DNA of 54,418 bases, filler included, from Candidatus Ancaeobacter aquaticus (GCA_030765405.1; 3 parts of 3 records of this genome joined end to end with filler, not necessarily neighbours in it); one strand, 5' to 3'. Shown: positions 41,766 to 51,733, counted from the whole stretch's first letter. Translations and numbers: made by a program. The notes: generated by a model not told the origin, from the sequence alone.

Positions 41766-42436
41766 CTATACACCTTCTTGTTTGTTTTGATAGAATACAT
41801 ATTAATTCTTTTCACTTGGTACCCACGTGCTTTATGCCGGTCAATATCCAATAAATACTTAATTAGGTCATAGGGGTTTATAGAGTTTCCCTCATGAAGT
41901 ATCAATTTTAATGTAAGTAGTGTTCCGCTCTGATCTTTTTTAAGATCAATATAAGGAACCATCGGTTTTACCAGCATCGTCCTAGACGTACCACGGGCAT
42001 TAGTCTTTGTTATCACCTCCTTTTCACCAAGCATTTCTTCAATATGTTTTTTATCTAATTCATCATTGTTTTTGAGCTTTACACAATACTCATAACAATC
42101 AATTTCTTTTGTTACAATATCTTTCTCTTGATCAAAATAATGTATGTCTTTTATATGCAATATATTAGCAAATGAACATTGTAAACGATTTGCCATTTTT
42201 TTTAAATCACAAAATTGCATTATTCTGAAATCAAGGAATTCATTCTCTCCTTCCATTCCTACTGATAAAGGAGGGCCAAATGAAATTACCTGATGGGGGC
42301 TGAAGCCCTGAGACAATGCTATGGGTATATCTGCACGCATAAACCCCCTAAAGATCGTTCTCATCAAATCAAGATGAGAGATCAAGCAAAAAGGACTCAT
42401 AACCGAATAAATAAGTCTTATCGTTGACTCACTCAT
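41762..42436 (-). CDS. Radical SAM-linked protein (TIGR03936/DUF2344-like)
   Basis: ISHLDLMR, SQGFSPH..ISFGPPL.VG; directly downstream of the radical SAM gene. Confidence 0.85.
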   Translation of the reverse strand: MSESTIRLIYSVMSPFCLISHLDLMRTIFRGFMRADIPIALSQGFSPHQVISFGPPLSVGMEGENEFLDFRIMQFCDLKKMANRLQCSFANILHIKDIHYFDQEKDIVTKEIDCYEYCVKLKNNDELDKKHIEEMLGEKEVITKTNARGTSRTMLVKPMVPYIDLKKDQSGTLLTLKLILHEGNSINPYDLIKYLLDIDRHKARGYQVKRINMYSIKTNKKVYR

Positions 42437-44208
42437 ATCGCATCCTCCCCTATCTTTTGCTGGACATCTTCATATTCCTTAATCAAAGCCTCTGTACTAC
42501 TTCCCGTAGAAATAAACTCCCATGGAAGAACTTCTTTAACATCTATGCAATCAATATATTTATTCGTTTCTAAATTATTTCTTTCTATAACTTTTTGCCA
42601 TGTACTGAAATTAAAATATTCGTACCAGTCATCAAACTTCGCTCCTTCTTTCCATGCATCTAAAACAATTTGAGATAAAGACCTGTCACCTCTGGAAAAA
42701 AGTGCTTCAACAAAGCTTTTTTCAATATTATGGAATTTAACCTGTATACATTTTCTTTTAATTTTCTTCTTGAGGTATATATGTTTTTGGCGAAACTCAT
42801 CTATACTATTCATTCCTGCCCATTGGAGTGGCGTATGCGTTTTTGGAACAAAATTAGATATTGAAACATTTACTCTTCCTGGTTTTCCATGAAGAGAACG
42901 CTTAACCTCAGAAACTTTATTAACAATAGTCATAATATTATCAAGATCATCATATGTCTCACCCGGAAGGCCGATCATGAAATATAGTTTAATTAAATTC
43001 CACCCGGAACTATATGCATACTCAACCGCTTTATATAAGTCGTCTAAACGGATGTTCTTTCTTATGATCTCAAGCATTCTCTGAGTGCCGGCTTCACATG
43101 CAAAAGTAAAACCAGTTTTCTTTATCTTGCTTATTTTACGCGCTAACTCTACTGAGAACGTATCTACTCTCAGTGACGGTATAGATAAAGACACTTTTTT
43201 ATCATAGAAATTATCTGTCAAATCATCAACCAGTCCCTCAATATCTGGATAATCCCCTGTAGAAAGAGATGATAGCGATATCTCTTGATACCCTGTATTG
43301 GCTATGATTTCTTTTGCCTCTTCCACTAAAACATCCTTTTTTCTATATCTCAATGGCCGATATATTGACCCTGCCTGACAGAAACGACATGCATTGCCAC
43401 ACCCACGCATAATCTCAAGCGTTGCACGATCGTGAATAATGCTGATAAGAGGCACTATTTGTTTTTTTGGAGAAGGTATATCGTTTAGATCTTTTACAAC
43501 AGCTTTCTTGATCTGTTTTGGAGTAGTGTCACAAGCAGTTGTATAGCATGAAAATCGTCCTTCTTGAGATATTTTTTTATTAAATAATCTTGGAACATAT
43601 ATTCCCGAGATTGTTTGCGCAGCCTTTTCCAGCAGCTTTTCTTTTGATAGATCTTTGTTTTTTGATACAAGATGCATGAATTGAAGAAGAGTTTCTTCTG
43701 ATTCACCTATAAAAAATGCATCAAAAAAATCTGCGATTGGTTCGGGATTAAAAACACATGGTCCGCCACCAATTATGAGAGGCCACGAACCTTTCACTCT
43801 TTCAGCGCTTTTAAGTGGTATTCCTGCAAGATTAAGCATGTTAAGAATATTTGTATAACATAACTCGTATTGGACAGAAAAACCTACGATGTCATGTTCT
43901 AATAGAGGCGTATAATTTTCCAAGCTGAAAAGAGGAATTGCTTCTTTTCTCATACATTCTTCCATATCCGGCCAGGGTGCGAATACACGCTGGGCAGAAA
44001 ATTCCTTAACATTATTTATTATTTCATAGAGTATTTTTAGCCCATAATGACTCATGCCAATCTCATACACATCGGGAAACGCTAACGCAATACGGACATC
44101 AACTGTTTTAAGATCCTTGATAATGGTATTTACCTCATTACCAATATAGCGTCCGGGTTTTTCAACGTACGGCAAAATATCTTCGATAACTTTTTGTCTT
44201 AAATTCAT
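42433..44208 (-). CDS. B12-binding radical SAM protein (TIGR03960-like)
   Basis: VEKPGRYIGNE, FPDVYEIGMSH, RGCGNACRFC (CxxxCxxC), FMIGLPGET, FVPKTHTP.QW. Confidence 0.9.
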   Translation of the reverse strand: MNLRQKVIEDILPYVEKPGRYIGNEVNTIIKDLKTVDVRIALAFPDVYEIGMSHYGLKILYEIINNVKEFSAQRVFAPWPDMEECMRKEAIPLFSLENYTPLLEHDIVGFSVQYELCYTNILNMLNLAGIPLKSAERVKGSWPLIIGGGPCVFNPEPIADFFDAFFIGESEETLLQFMHLVSKNKDLSKEKLLEKAAQTISGIYVPRLFNKKISQEGRFSCYTTACDTTPKQIKKAVVKDLNDIPSPKKQIVPLISIIHDRATLEIMRGCGNACRFCQAGSIYRPLRYRKKDVLVEEAKEIIANTGYQEISLSSLSTGDYPDIEGLVDDLTDNFYDKKVSLSIPSLRVDTFSVELARKISKIKKTGFTFACEAGTQRMLEIIRKNIRLDDLYKAVEYAYSSGWNLIKLYFMIGLPGETYDDLDNIMTIVNKVSEVKRSLHGKPGRVNVSISNFVPKTHTPLQWAGMNSIDEFRQKHIYLKKKIKRKCIQVKFHNIEKSFVEALFSRGDRSLSQIVLDAWKEGAKFDDWYEYFNFSTWQKVIERNNLETNKYIDCIDVKEVLPWEFISTGSSTEALIKEYEDVQQKIGEDAI

Positions 44209-44246
44209 TTATCAATTTCTTTCATTTTTTTGTCTGAGGTCTGTGT

Positions 44247-44488
44247 ATCCCCCCGATTTTTTGGCTTCGCCTCAAAATCGCCCTCACCAGTAAAGCATGG
44301 ATTGATGCCTTTTGTTTTCAAACTAGAAATCTCTACTAGATTTCTTTGCTCGCACTAATGATGCTCATCCCCCCTAGATTTTCTCGGGCTTCGCCTCCAA
44401 AATCGTAAAGCAGGGATTCGTGCTACTTGTTTTCAATCTAGAAATCTCTACTAGATTTCTTTGTTCGCATTAATTGTGCTCATCCCCC
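44247..44488. repeat. Tandem ~115-120-bp palindrome-containing repeat (two units plus the start of a third)
   Basis: Units start at atcccc at 44247, 44367 and 44482. Each has a gatttt..ggcttcgcc..aaaatc hairpin and agaaatct-ctact-agatttct. Confidence 0.85.
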
Positions 44489-44588
44489 NNNNNNNNNNNN
44501 NNNNNNNNNNNNNNNNNNNNNNNNNNNNNNNNTTAATTAATTAANNNNNNNNNNNNNNNNNNNNNNNNNNNNNNNNNNNNNNNNNNNN
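44489..44588. other. Assembly join (100 N with a TTAATTAATTAA spacer)
   Basis: Linker at 44533-44544. Confidence 0.95.
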
Positions 44589-44713
44589 AGTTTTTATGTC
44601 AATAAAATACTTCAACGTCAATACGAATTTGCTCAAACAAGGCGTTTACCACTAAAATATCGTAAATAGAATGACTTATGGTGAGCTAAAATACTTTGTT
44701 GCGGAATTGCTGA
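44589..44713. mobile_element. ~127-bp dispersed repeat, MITE-like, copy 2 (first bases lost in the gap)
   Basis: Same orientation as, and collinear with, 4-128. Confidence 0.65.
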
Positions 44714-44714
44714 G

Positions 44715-44847
44715 TATCTCGTATTTCGTACTTAGTGACTCGTAGAGAAAATAGTGTTTAGCGTAGAGCGGATAGTTCGAGTTTGAATATTGGTAATTGT
44801 TTATTGTGATTTGTTTGGAATTTGGTATTTGGTTATTGGAAATTGTC
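44715..44847. repeat. Stacked heptamer arrays of three sequence types
   Basis: tatctcg-tatttcg-tacttag-tgactcg / tagagaa..tttagcg-tagagcg / ..gtttgga-atttggt-atttggt-tattgga; the 7-bp phase holds over about 130 bp. Confidence 0.8.
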
Positions 44848-44863
44848 TTTAGAGACTCTGTCT

Positions 44864-46885
44864 CTAAGACAATTGGCATTTAAATTCACGTGTTGGCCAA
44901 ATAATGCGGACAACCATGGGCATTGATTCTGTTGAACAGATATTCCCCCATGACATCGCTATTTGTTCCATTTGTATTTCAGGTGAACTCTTCGTTGAGA
45001 TACCGAGTACAACCTGTTGCACACGTAAATCATGAGCAGTTTGTGTAATAGCATGATGAAAATTATTTGACGCGACAAGAACAGGTATAACCGACATTCC
45101 TTTCTTCTCTGCCATCGTTATAACATTGGTGAAAAGATGCTGTTCGTCAGGTATCAGGTGATGCATAGCCGTTTCGTGCCGGTACCCCTGCGCTATCTTT
45201 GCGCTCATAACGATCAGATCCGTCTGTTCAGGATCAATTTCCCCCAGCACTTTCTTTAAGTGCACAAGATTGTTCGGATCCCGTACAGCAACAAGTACGC
45301 GGTGTTCGTGTTCACACTCACATATCTGGGCAGATAACTTTTCATGATCTTCAAGGTTTACTTTTTCGTACTTGCTGGTTTCATTCAATTTTCTCTTATT
45401 AAGGAACTGAGATATAACAAATGTTACAAAAAACGCACTCGTAAATATAAGCCCCAGCGTTGTCGCCGTCGTTTTTGTAAAGAAATTAATTATCGCTATC
45501 GTTAATAGCGCAAGGAATATGAGCGCTAACCCTATGGGAAGCTCAACTCCTTTCACCGTAACATTCAATGGCACCTTAAATTCACGCGGGCTTCTATCTT
45601 TAAACCTGAGCGCTAACATAGACATGGCATCAAACGTAAAACACCATATCACCCCAAACGAATATGCCTCACCAAGGGCGTATATGTTACCCCGACATAA
45701 GACAACGGTCACAAGCTGCATTATCGCAATAACGTTTATTATCCTGCTTGTGGTTCCAAACTTTTTATGCGGGGAACGGAACCAATCGGTTAAGATCCCG
45801 TCTTCTGCTACACGGTTAAGCGTACCGTTTGCACCTACCATTGAGGTATTTACTGCCCCTGAAAGGATCAGAAACCCAACGATAACGACAAAAGACTGCA
45901 TAGCAAAACGTAACGCATACGGCCCGACCATATTCATTGCAAGACCGCTCAATAAATTATCCTGATACTGTGTTGTGCGTATTTCATCCGGAATGATCAT
46001 AAAAGACAGAATAGATAACCCTGCAGTAAAACAGATACTGAATATGGTTATCACAACAGCGGCTTTTTTCAAATTATGCATCTTTGGCGCCTCGATCTCA
46101 CGATAAACCTGTGCGAGAGTCTCTTCACCGCTCATAGCAAGTATCGAATGTCCAAACGCGACCATGACACCAAATGTACCTATAGCCTTAAGCCAGTCAA
46201 AGCCTTCAAGCCAACCAAACGCTTCGTGACTAAAACTGAGTTCAAAGGCCGGAAAGTGAACACCTTTAATGGCAAGAGTCGGTATCGCCCACAAGAATAA
46301 TAAAAGCGCCATAACCGATGCGATCTGTATGATCCTCATCGCCTTACCGCTGCTCTCTCCGATGCCGATAACATTTTTACGCCAAAAATATATAATAACG
46401 ATAAGGGCAAGAATCATCGCGGTAAAATCCCGCGGTAATGCGATATTGATATTTACCATTGGCAATAACTGATTAACTAAACCAACGAGATACTGACCGG
46501 CACACACAGCGCTTACCGGTCCGGTAAGCACAAAATCAAACATAAGAGCGGATACCGCAACTTTTGCAAATGTACCACCCAAAACACTTTTAACAACTTT
46601 ATAGACGCCTCCACGGACAAACATGCCGCATGACTCTATGTATACTAAACGCACACATATTGCAAACAACATTACCGCAAGAATAAACCATGGGGCTGCT
46701 TTACCAATGGCCTGCTCTGCAATACCGGCAGCATAATATGCAGACGAACCAAGATCACACAGCACAATCGATGCGGCACGCCAAAAAGATATAAAGGTAA
46801 GCATAGCGGTTGTAACAACAACAATTTTTGTTACTTTATGCTTAAAGGCTTTTGGAGACGAACTGTCATGGGGGTTAGTATCCAT
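44864..46885 (-). CDS. APC-superfamily permease with a C-terminal USP-like cytoplasmic domain
   Basis: Multiple TM helices, DLGSSAYY, SGEETLAQ, SGAVNT; soluble C terminus RVLVAVRDP...VVLG. Confidence 0.85.
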   Translation of the reverse strand: MDTNPHDSSSPKAFKHKVTKIVVVTTAMLTFISFWRAASIVLCDLGSSAYYAAGIAEQAIGKAAPWFILAVMLFAICVRLVYIESCGMFVRGGVYKVVKSVLGGTFAKVAVSALMFDFVLTGPVSAVCAGQYLVGLVNQLLPMVNINIALPRDFTAMILALIVIIYFWRKNVIGIGESSGKAMRIIQIASVMALLLFLWAIPTLAIKGVHFPAFELSFSHEAFGWLEGFDWLKAIGTFGVMVAFGHSILAMSGEETLAQVYREIEAPKMHNLKKAAVVITIFSICFTAGLSILSFMIIPDEIRTTQYQDNLLSGLAMNMVGPYALRFAMQSFVVIVGFLILSGAVNTSMVGANGTLNRVAEDGILTDWFRSPHKKFGTTSRIINVIAIMQLVTVVLCRGNIYALGEAYSFGVIWCFTFDAMSMLALRFKDRSPREFKVPLNVTVKGVELPIGLALIFLALLTIAIINFFTKTTATTLGLIFTSAFFVTFVISQFLNKRKLNETSKYEKVNLEDHEKLSAQICECEHEHRVLVAVRDPNNLVHLKKVLGEIDPEQTDLIVMSAKIAQGYRHETAMHHLIPDEQHLFTNVITMAEKKGMSVIPVLVASNNFHHAITQTAHDLRVQQVVLGISTKSSPEIQMEQIAMSWGNICSTESMPMVVRIIWPTREFKCQLS

Positions 46886-46890
46886 TACGT

Positions 46891-47454
46891 TTATGCAATA
46901 CCTTCTTTTTCTTTGATAAGATAATATATGTCTGCGGGATCCTTGATCTTTAAAAGACTGCTTTTAACAAGGTTATCCTGAAAAACAAATGCAATACGGG
47001 TTAAAAGCTGAAGATGTTGTGTAAGTGCATCAACGGGTGAAAGAAAGAGGAAAATAAACTTTGCCGGGAGTTTTTCTGTCTCGTTTTCTTTGATGCCTTG
47101 AGGAAAAATACCCAAAACCGAGGTGATTTTCTTAACTCCCTGATAACGGGCATGCGGTATCGCAACTTCATTATCAAGAAATGTACTTTCAAGTCTCTCA
47201 CGTTTTATTATTTCATCACTGACCGTCTCAGCGCTTTCAATGTTATGGAGTCTACAAAGATGCTCAGAAAGCATCCGTATCGCCTCTTCCTTATCTTTGA
47301 TAGCATTATTGATAATAATTGCTTCTGGAGAGAGGAAGTGTGAAAGCTTCACACCGCTTTCGCCCAAAGTCTTAATGGGTGTTACCGCTTTTTGTTTCTT
47401 CCCAAAGACAAAATCGCGAATAGGACTTACTAATTTACTGATAAATGAGTGCAT
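46891..47454 (-). CDS. PTS EIIA-type (PtsN-like) protein
   Basis: RERLEST...VAIPHAR with the phospho-His, IFLFLSP, HLQLL. An alternative GTG start is at 47352. Confidence 0.88.
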   Translation of the reverse strand: MHSFISKLVSPIRDFVFGKKQKAVTPIKTLGESGVKLSHFLSPEAIIINNAIKDKEEAIRMLSEHLCRLHNIESAETVSDEIIKRERLESTFLDNEVAIPHARYQGVKKITSVLGIFPQGIKENETEKLPAKFIFLFLSPVDALTQHLQLLTRIAFVFQDNLVKSSLLKIKDPADIYYLIKEKEGIA

Positions 47455-47530
47455 TTTTTGTGTCTTTTAAAAGTTTTATTAGTAAAAAAGACCAACGGTA
47501 TAATACTTATCCATTGGCCACTAGAAATAA

Positions 47531-47558
47531 AGTATATTAAATTAGAAACATATGTCAA
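47531..47558 (-). promoter_or_regulatory. Sigma70-type promoter for the EIIA-APC operon
   Basis: TTGACA-16 bp-TATACT on the minus strand. Confidence 0.65.
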
Positions 47559-47579
47559 TAAATATTATTACCCTTAAGG

Positions 47580-47822
47580 TTACCCGTCTACTGCAAAAGA
47601 GCCGCTTAATATATCGTCTAATAGTTTTTGTTTATGCTTATGCTTAATATCATGTATTCGCTCAGCGTGCTTTATGTACACTTTTGAGATTTCGTCTATT
47701 TTGGAAGATGGTGACAACGCTAAAACATCATAAGACACACTCATTTGAAATAGCAGTAAAATTGCAAGAAACAATATGCAATAAATAAAATATTTTTTTA
47801 CTTTGAAGCACGCGTTATTCAT
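47580..47822 (-). CDS. Short hypothetical secreted protein or gene remnant
   Basis: Signal-peptide-like N terminus; 80 aa; no recognised domain. Confidence 0.35.
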   Translation of the reverse strand: MNNACFKVKKYFIYCILFLAILLLFQMSVSYDVLALSPSSKIDEISKVYIKHAERIHDIKHKHKQKLLDDILSGSFAVDG

Positions 47823-47928
47823 AGTTTATTTTCTCCAATATAAACTATAACGACAAATAACTATAAGTTGCTAGCTGGTAACAGTATAACTCATTTTTTA
47901 CACCATATCAAGTGATGAGGATATTTAT

Positions 47929-48768
47929 ATGGAAAAATGTTACCTATTATGGTACCTTCATGACGTTGTACGCATAAAAATTTATGTAAAAATGAGCCAT
48001 AAGACACCTATGAATAAAAAAAATATCAAAAATAAATCTAAAGTAACCCTGGATTTTGAGAAGGGTAAGCTGTTTTTAAAGGGAACCTGCTCTGATGTGC
48101 TTGATACATGTAAAGCGCAATGCTGCAGATCTATAGATGTTTATATTACAAAAGAAGAATTTCAATCTAAACGATATCATGCACGTGCATTATGTTTGTT
48201 AACAAAAAGTGACTGTAAATATGAAGACGCACATTGCTTAAACACAGCATATGTATTAAAAAGAAAAGAAGACGGGACCTGTTTCTATCTGAACGATAAT
48301 AATATGTGTTCAGCATACAAAACCAGGCCTTTAGTTTGCAAACAATTCAGCTGCAGTAATGGGTGGATGCTCTCACCGTCACCCCATTCATCTGATCAAA
48401 AAAGAAAAAGCACATTGCTTGCAAAGAAATTTATAAAATTATGTAAAGACGATATGATATTTATTTGCGATCCACTTACAGAAATAAAAACTATTTTTTA
48501 TTCTAAACAAAAGAAAACGATAACATTTATCAAAAAAATGGCTATTAGGTGTGGTTTAATCTCTGTAGAATGTGATTTTCATACAGATAAGATGGATGAT
48601 GCTATGCTGATTAACCTTATCAAACTATTTGATGCAAAAAATACATTAGGAGATATACGCCGTATTATGAATAAAAAGTATCCGGTAAAATTATCTAAAA
48701 GAGAATTTTATGAACTTATCTGGATTTTTTACCATAACGATATCATTGTCATTAAAAATCAAAATTAA
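47929..48768 (+). CDS. YkgJ-like cysteine-cluster protein with a C-terminal extension
   Basis: CKAQCC, C.YL....CSAY.TRPLVC..FSC. The true start is probably 47992 or 48010. Confidence 0.75.
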   Translation: MEKCYLLWYLHDVVRIKIYVKMSHKTPMNKKNIKNKSKVTLDFEKGKLFLKGTCSDVLDTCKAQCCRSIDVYITKEEFQSKRYHARALCLLTKSDCKYEDAHCLNTAYVLKRKEDGTCFYLNDNNMCSAYKTRPLVCKQFSCSNGWMLSPSPHSSDQKRKSTLLAKKFIKLCKDDMIFICDPLTEIKTIFYSKQKKTITFIKKMAIRCGLISVECDFHTDKMDDAMLINLIKLFDAKNTLGDIRRIMNKKYPVKLSKREFYELIWIFYHNDIIVIKNQN

Positions 48769-48779
48769 CTCCCATACTA

Positions 48780-50342
48780 ATGTCAAAACACAAAATACTT
48801 AAATCTGCTCTTACTGTCGGATCAATGACAACCCTTTCACGGATATTCGGGTATATTCGTGATCTGACGCTTGCCGCACTCCTTGGTGCGGGTTTCAGCA
48901 TGGATGCATTTACCGTCGCATTCCGCATTGCAAATCTCCTGAGACGATTAGTCGCTGAAGGGTCTATGACAGCGGCATTTATTCCTGTTTTTACTAAATA
49001 TAAATCTGAGAACGAGCAAAAAAAAGTGTGGGATTTTGCCAATAAAATGTTTTTTACGTTAGCATTTATTCTTACAATCACCGTAGTTTTAGCAATTATC
49101 TTTGCTCCTTTTATTGTTAAATGCATGGCTCCCGGATTTGAAGAAACGCCCGGTAAAACAGCTGCAACAATACTCTTAAATCGTATCATGGCGCCATACA
49201 TACTCTTTATTGGCCTTGCAGCGCTTGCTATGGGTATTTTAAATTCACTGGGACGGTTCGCCATACCCTCTTTTGCACCTGTACTATTAAATATCTCAGT
49301 CATCACATGCACCTTGCTTTTTTCATCATATTTTAAGGAACCGGCGATCGCTACCGCGATTGGGGCTTTAATTGGCGGCATACTCCAGATTGCAATACAG
49401 TTACCGCTTCTCAAAAAATACGGTATGTCATTTCGGTTCAATATCTCTTTTACTCATCCGGCAATAAAGAAAGTTGGTAAACTCATTGTTCCCGGCGTAT
49501 TTGGCGCAGGTGTCACACAAATTCAGCTTTTGATCGGTTCTCTTTTAGCATCATTTCTTGCACAAGGCGCTGTTTCGAGTTTATATTATTCTGATCGTGT
49601 TATGGAGCTCACACTCGGTATACTGGTTATATCTCTTGCGACCGTTACATTACCGGAAATGTCCAAAAGAGCTGCAAAAAACGATATAAATGGGGTGAAA
49701 GACATAGTGACTTTTTCCCTCAGGCTTATATCTTTCGGTACGATACCCGCCGTCTTTGGGCTTATCGCTTTACGCACTCCGATAATCAAGGTACTCTTTG
49801 AGCACGGCAAGTTCACTGCCGCTGATACTGAAGCTACGGCATACGCACTCATCTTTTATTCTATTGGATTATTCTTTTTTGCGGGAATAAAAGTTATTGC
49901 ACCGGCATTCTACGCATTTCACGACATTAAAACACCGGTAAAAATCGCATGGGTGTCACTCACAGTCAATGTGGTTACCGCTCTTGTATTTATGCACCCC
50001 CTTAAACAGGGGGGAATAGCATTAGGTCTCTCAATCGCTGCATGTGTAAACTGCCTACTTCTCTTATATGTATTTAATAAACGTTACGGAACAATTAATT
50101 TAAAAGCTCTTGGGTTTCTCATCGTAAAAATAATGTGCGCGTCAACAGTTATGGCATTCGTATGTGTGGGAATAATACATCTGACAAACTTTTATTCTCA
50201 TACAAGCATACTCTACCAGGTTTTATCTCTTTTTAGCGCCATTACCGGAGGGCTTGTTACCTATATTGTATTCAGTTTCATATTTAGATGTAACGAAATA
50301 AAAGATATAAAGAAATTGATGAGTCTTCGAAAAGAAGAATAG
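48780..50342 (+). CDS. murJ: Lipid II flippase MurJ
   Basis: TLSRIFGYIRD, DAF.VAFRIANLLRRLVAEG, YYSDR..ELTLG, FYA..D.KTPV. Confidence 0.95.
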   Translation: MSKHKILKSALTVGSMTTLSRIFGYIRDLTLAALLGAGFSMDAFTVAFRIANLLRRLVAEGSMTAAFIPVFTKYKSENEQKKVWDFANKMFFTLAFILTITVVLAIIFAPFIVKCMAPGFEETPGKTAATILLNRIMAPYILFIGLAALAMGILNSLGRFAIPSFAPVLLNISVITCTLLFSSYFKEPAIATAIGALIGGILQIAIQLPLLKKYGMSFRFNISFTHPAIKKVGKLIVPGVFGAGVTQIQLLIGSLLASFLAQGAVSSLYYSDRVMELTLGILVISLATVTLPEMSKRAAKNDINGVKDIVTFSLRLISFGTIPAVFGLIALRTPIIKVLFEHGKFTAADTEATAYALIFYSIGLFFFAGIKVIAPAFYAFHDIKTPVKIAWVSLTVNVVTALVFMHPLKQGGIALGLSIAACVNCLLLLYVFNKRYGTINLKALGFLIVKIMCASTVMAFVCVGIIHLTNFYSHTSILYQVLSLFSAITGGLVTYIVFSFIFRCNEIKDIKKLMSLRKEE

Positions 50343-50348
50343 TAAAAA

Positions 50349-51701
50349 CTAACGCTTAGTCCGGTCCAACATTTTCTTAATTGCTCCTGCAAGATACAGA
50401 GAACCCGTAACACATATGCAATCTTCAGCTTTTGCGATCGAACGCGCATGCCTAAATGCTTTTAGAGGATCATTTTTAATCTGCACATCCGGACAAGAGA
50501 CCCTGCATACTTTTTCAATCTCATGGGGATCTATTCCCCGCACAGGATCAGCGCAGGTAATAATAACGGTCTCGGCATGAGAGCAAAGTTCTTTTGCTAT
50601 GCCTGCCACATCTTTTTGAGTACTGAGTCCCAAAACAAGTATCATATTCTTGTAGCGTATTGCTTGGTCCAGTGTTTTAACAAGATGATGTGCAGAATTC
50701 ACTGTATGCGCACCATCAAGAATGACCCACGGTTTTTTTGAGACGATTTCAATCCTGCATGACCACACAACATTCTTGAGCCCTTTACGCATAGCGTAAA
50801 GAGGTATTGAAAACTGAGGAGTTTGATTCAGATAATCAATCACATGTAGCGCAGTTGCCGCATTGTTAATTTGATGAGACCCAATAAGCCCAATACATAG
50901 TTTTCGAATATGCATGTTAGGAGCATTATAATCAAACCATTGTTTTTGTGGAGTTACACGCACGTTACAAATACGTGTGTTTATCGCCACATCTACACAG
51001 CGTGCATTATTAGCACGCGCGCGCGCAATGATCTCTTTTAAGGCACTCGGTCTTTGCTGTGCAACGACAACGGTACCATTCTTTTTGATAATACCCGCCT
51101 TTTCACGCGCAATAGCAGCAAGGGTCTTACCCAAGATGTGTGTATGATCATATCCAATCGGCGTTATAACGGAAAGAAGAGGCTTGACAACGTTGGTTGC
51201 ATCTAGTCTCCCCCCTAACCCCACTTCTATAACGGCAATATCGACTTTTTTCTGGGTAAAATAGGAAAATGCAGCTGCGGTAAGGATCTCAAAAACTGTT
51301 CCATAATCCTTTTTTGAAGAATTACTTTCTTTTGTCGCTGCTGCAATTTTGTGAATAGTTTTAGCAAATTCATTCTTTGTTATATGAGTTACGCCTACCT
51401 GTATTCTCTCTCGTACAGTGACAAGGTGCGGTGACGAGTAAAAACCAACCTCGTACCCTGCTTCATGAAGCATTGATGCAATATACGCTGCAGTTGACCC
51501 TTTACCTTTTGTTCCGGCAACAAGGATTGTTTTGCATTGTAAGTGGGGGTTACCAATCTTTTTGAGCAGTTTGCGAAAGCGGGAAAGATTATAATGTGTC
51601 TTTTTATATGCTGGCAAAGTGATTCTTTCATAATCAGTATGCCCATAAATATACTGACATGCATCACTGTAAGAGAATGTCTTTTTCACATCTGGTGCCA
51701 A
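50349..51701 (-). CDS. folC: Folylpolyglutamate synthase / dihydrofolate synthase
   Basis: AGTKGKGST, SPHL...RERI, EVGLGGRLDATN, LDGAH, VTGSLYL. Confidence 0.93.
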   Translation of the reverse strand: MAPDVKKTFSYSDACQYIYGHTDYERITLPAYKKTHYNLSRFRKLLKKIGNPHLQCKTILVAGTKGKGSTAAYIASMLHEAGYEVGFYSSPHLVTVRERIQVGVTHITKNEFAKTIHKIAAATKESNSSKKDYGTVFEILTAAAFSYFTQKKVDIAVIEVGLGGRLDATNVVKPLLSVITPIGYDHTHILGKTLAAIAREKAGIIKKNGTVVVAQQRPSALKEIIARARANNARCVDVAINTRICNVRVTPQKQWFDYNAPNMHIRKLCIGLIGSHQINNAATALHVIDYLNQTPQFSIPLYAMRKGLKNVVWSCRIEIVSKKPWVILDGAHTVNSAHHLVKTLDQAIRYKNMILVLGLSTQKDVAGIAKELCSHAETVIITCADPVRGIDPHEIEKVCRVSCPDVQIKNDPLKAFRHARSIAKAEDCICVTGSLYLAGAIKKMLDRTKR

Positions 51702-51733
51702 ATAATAGTGTGTATCCTTAGTGTATCGATATA

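Noticed and set aside
44247..44488. CRISPR array
   Set aside because: The units are 115-120 bp and similar along their whole length, with no unique spacers and no cas genes.
44676..44879. 67-aa ORF MPIVLETESLK...
   Set aside because: It is a translation of the heptamer arrays and the 127-bp repeat, overlapping the permease stop out of frame.
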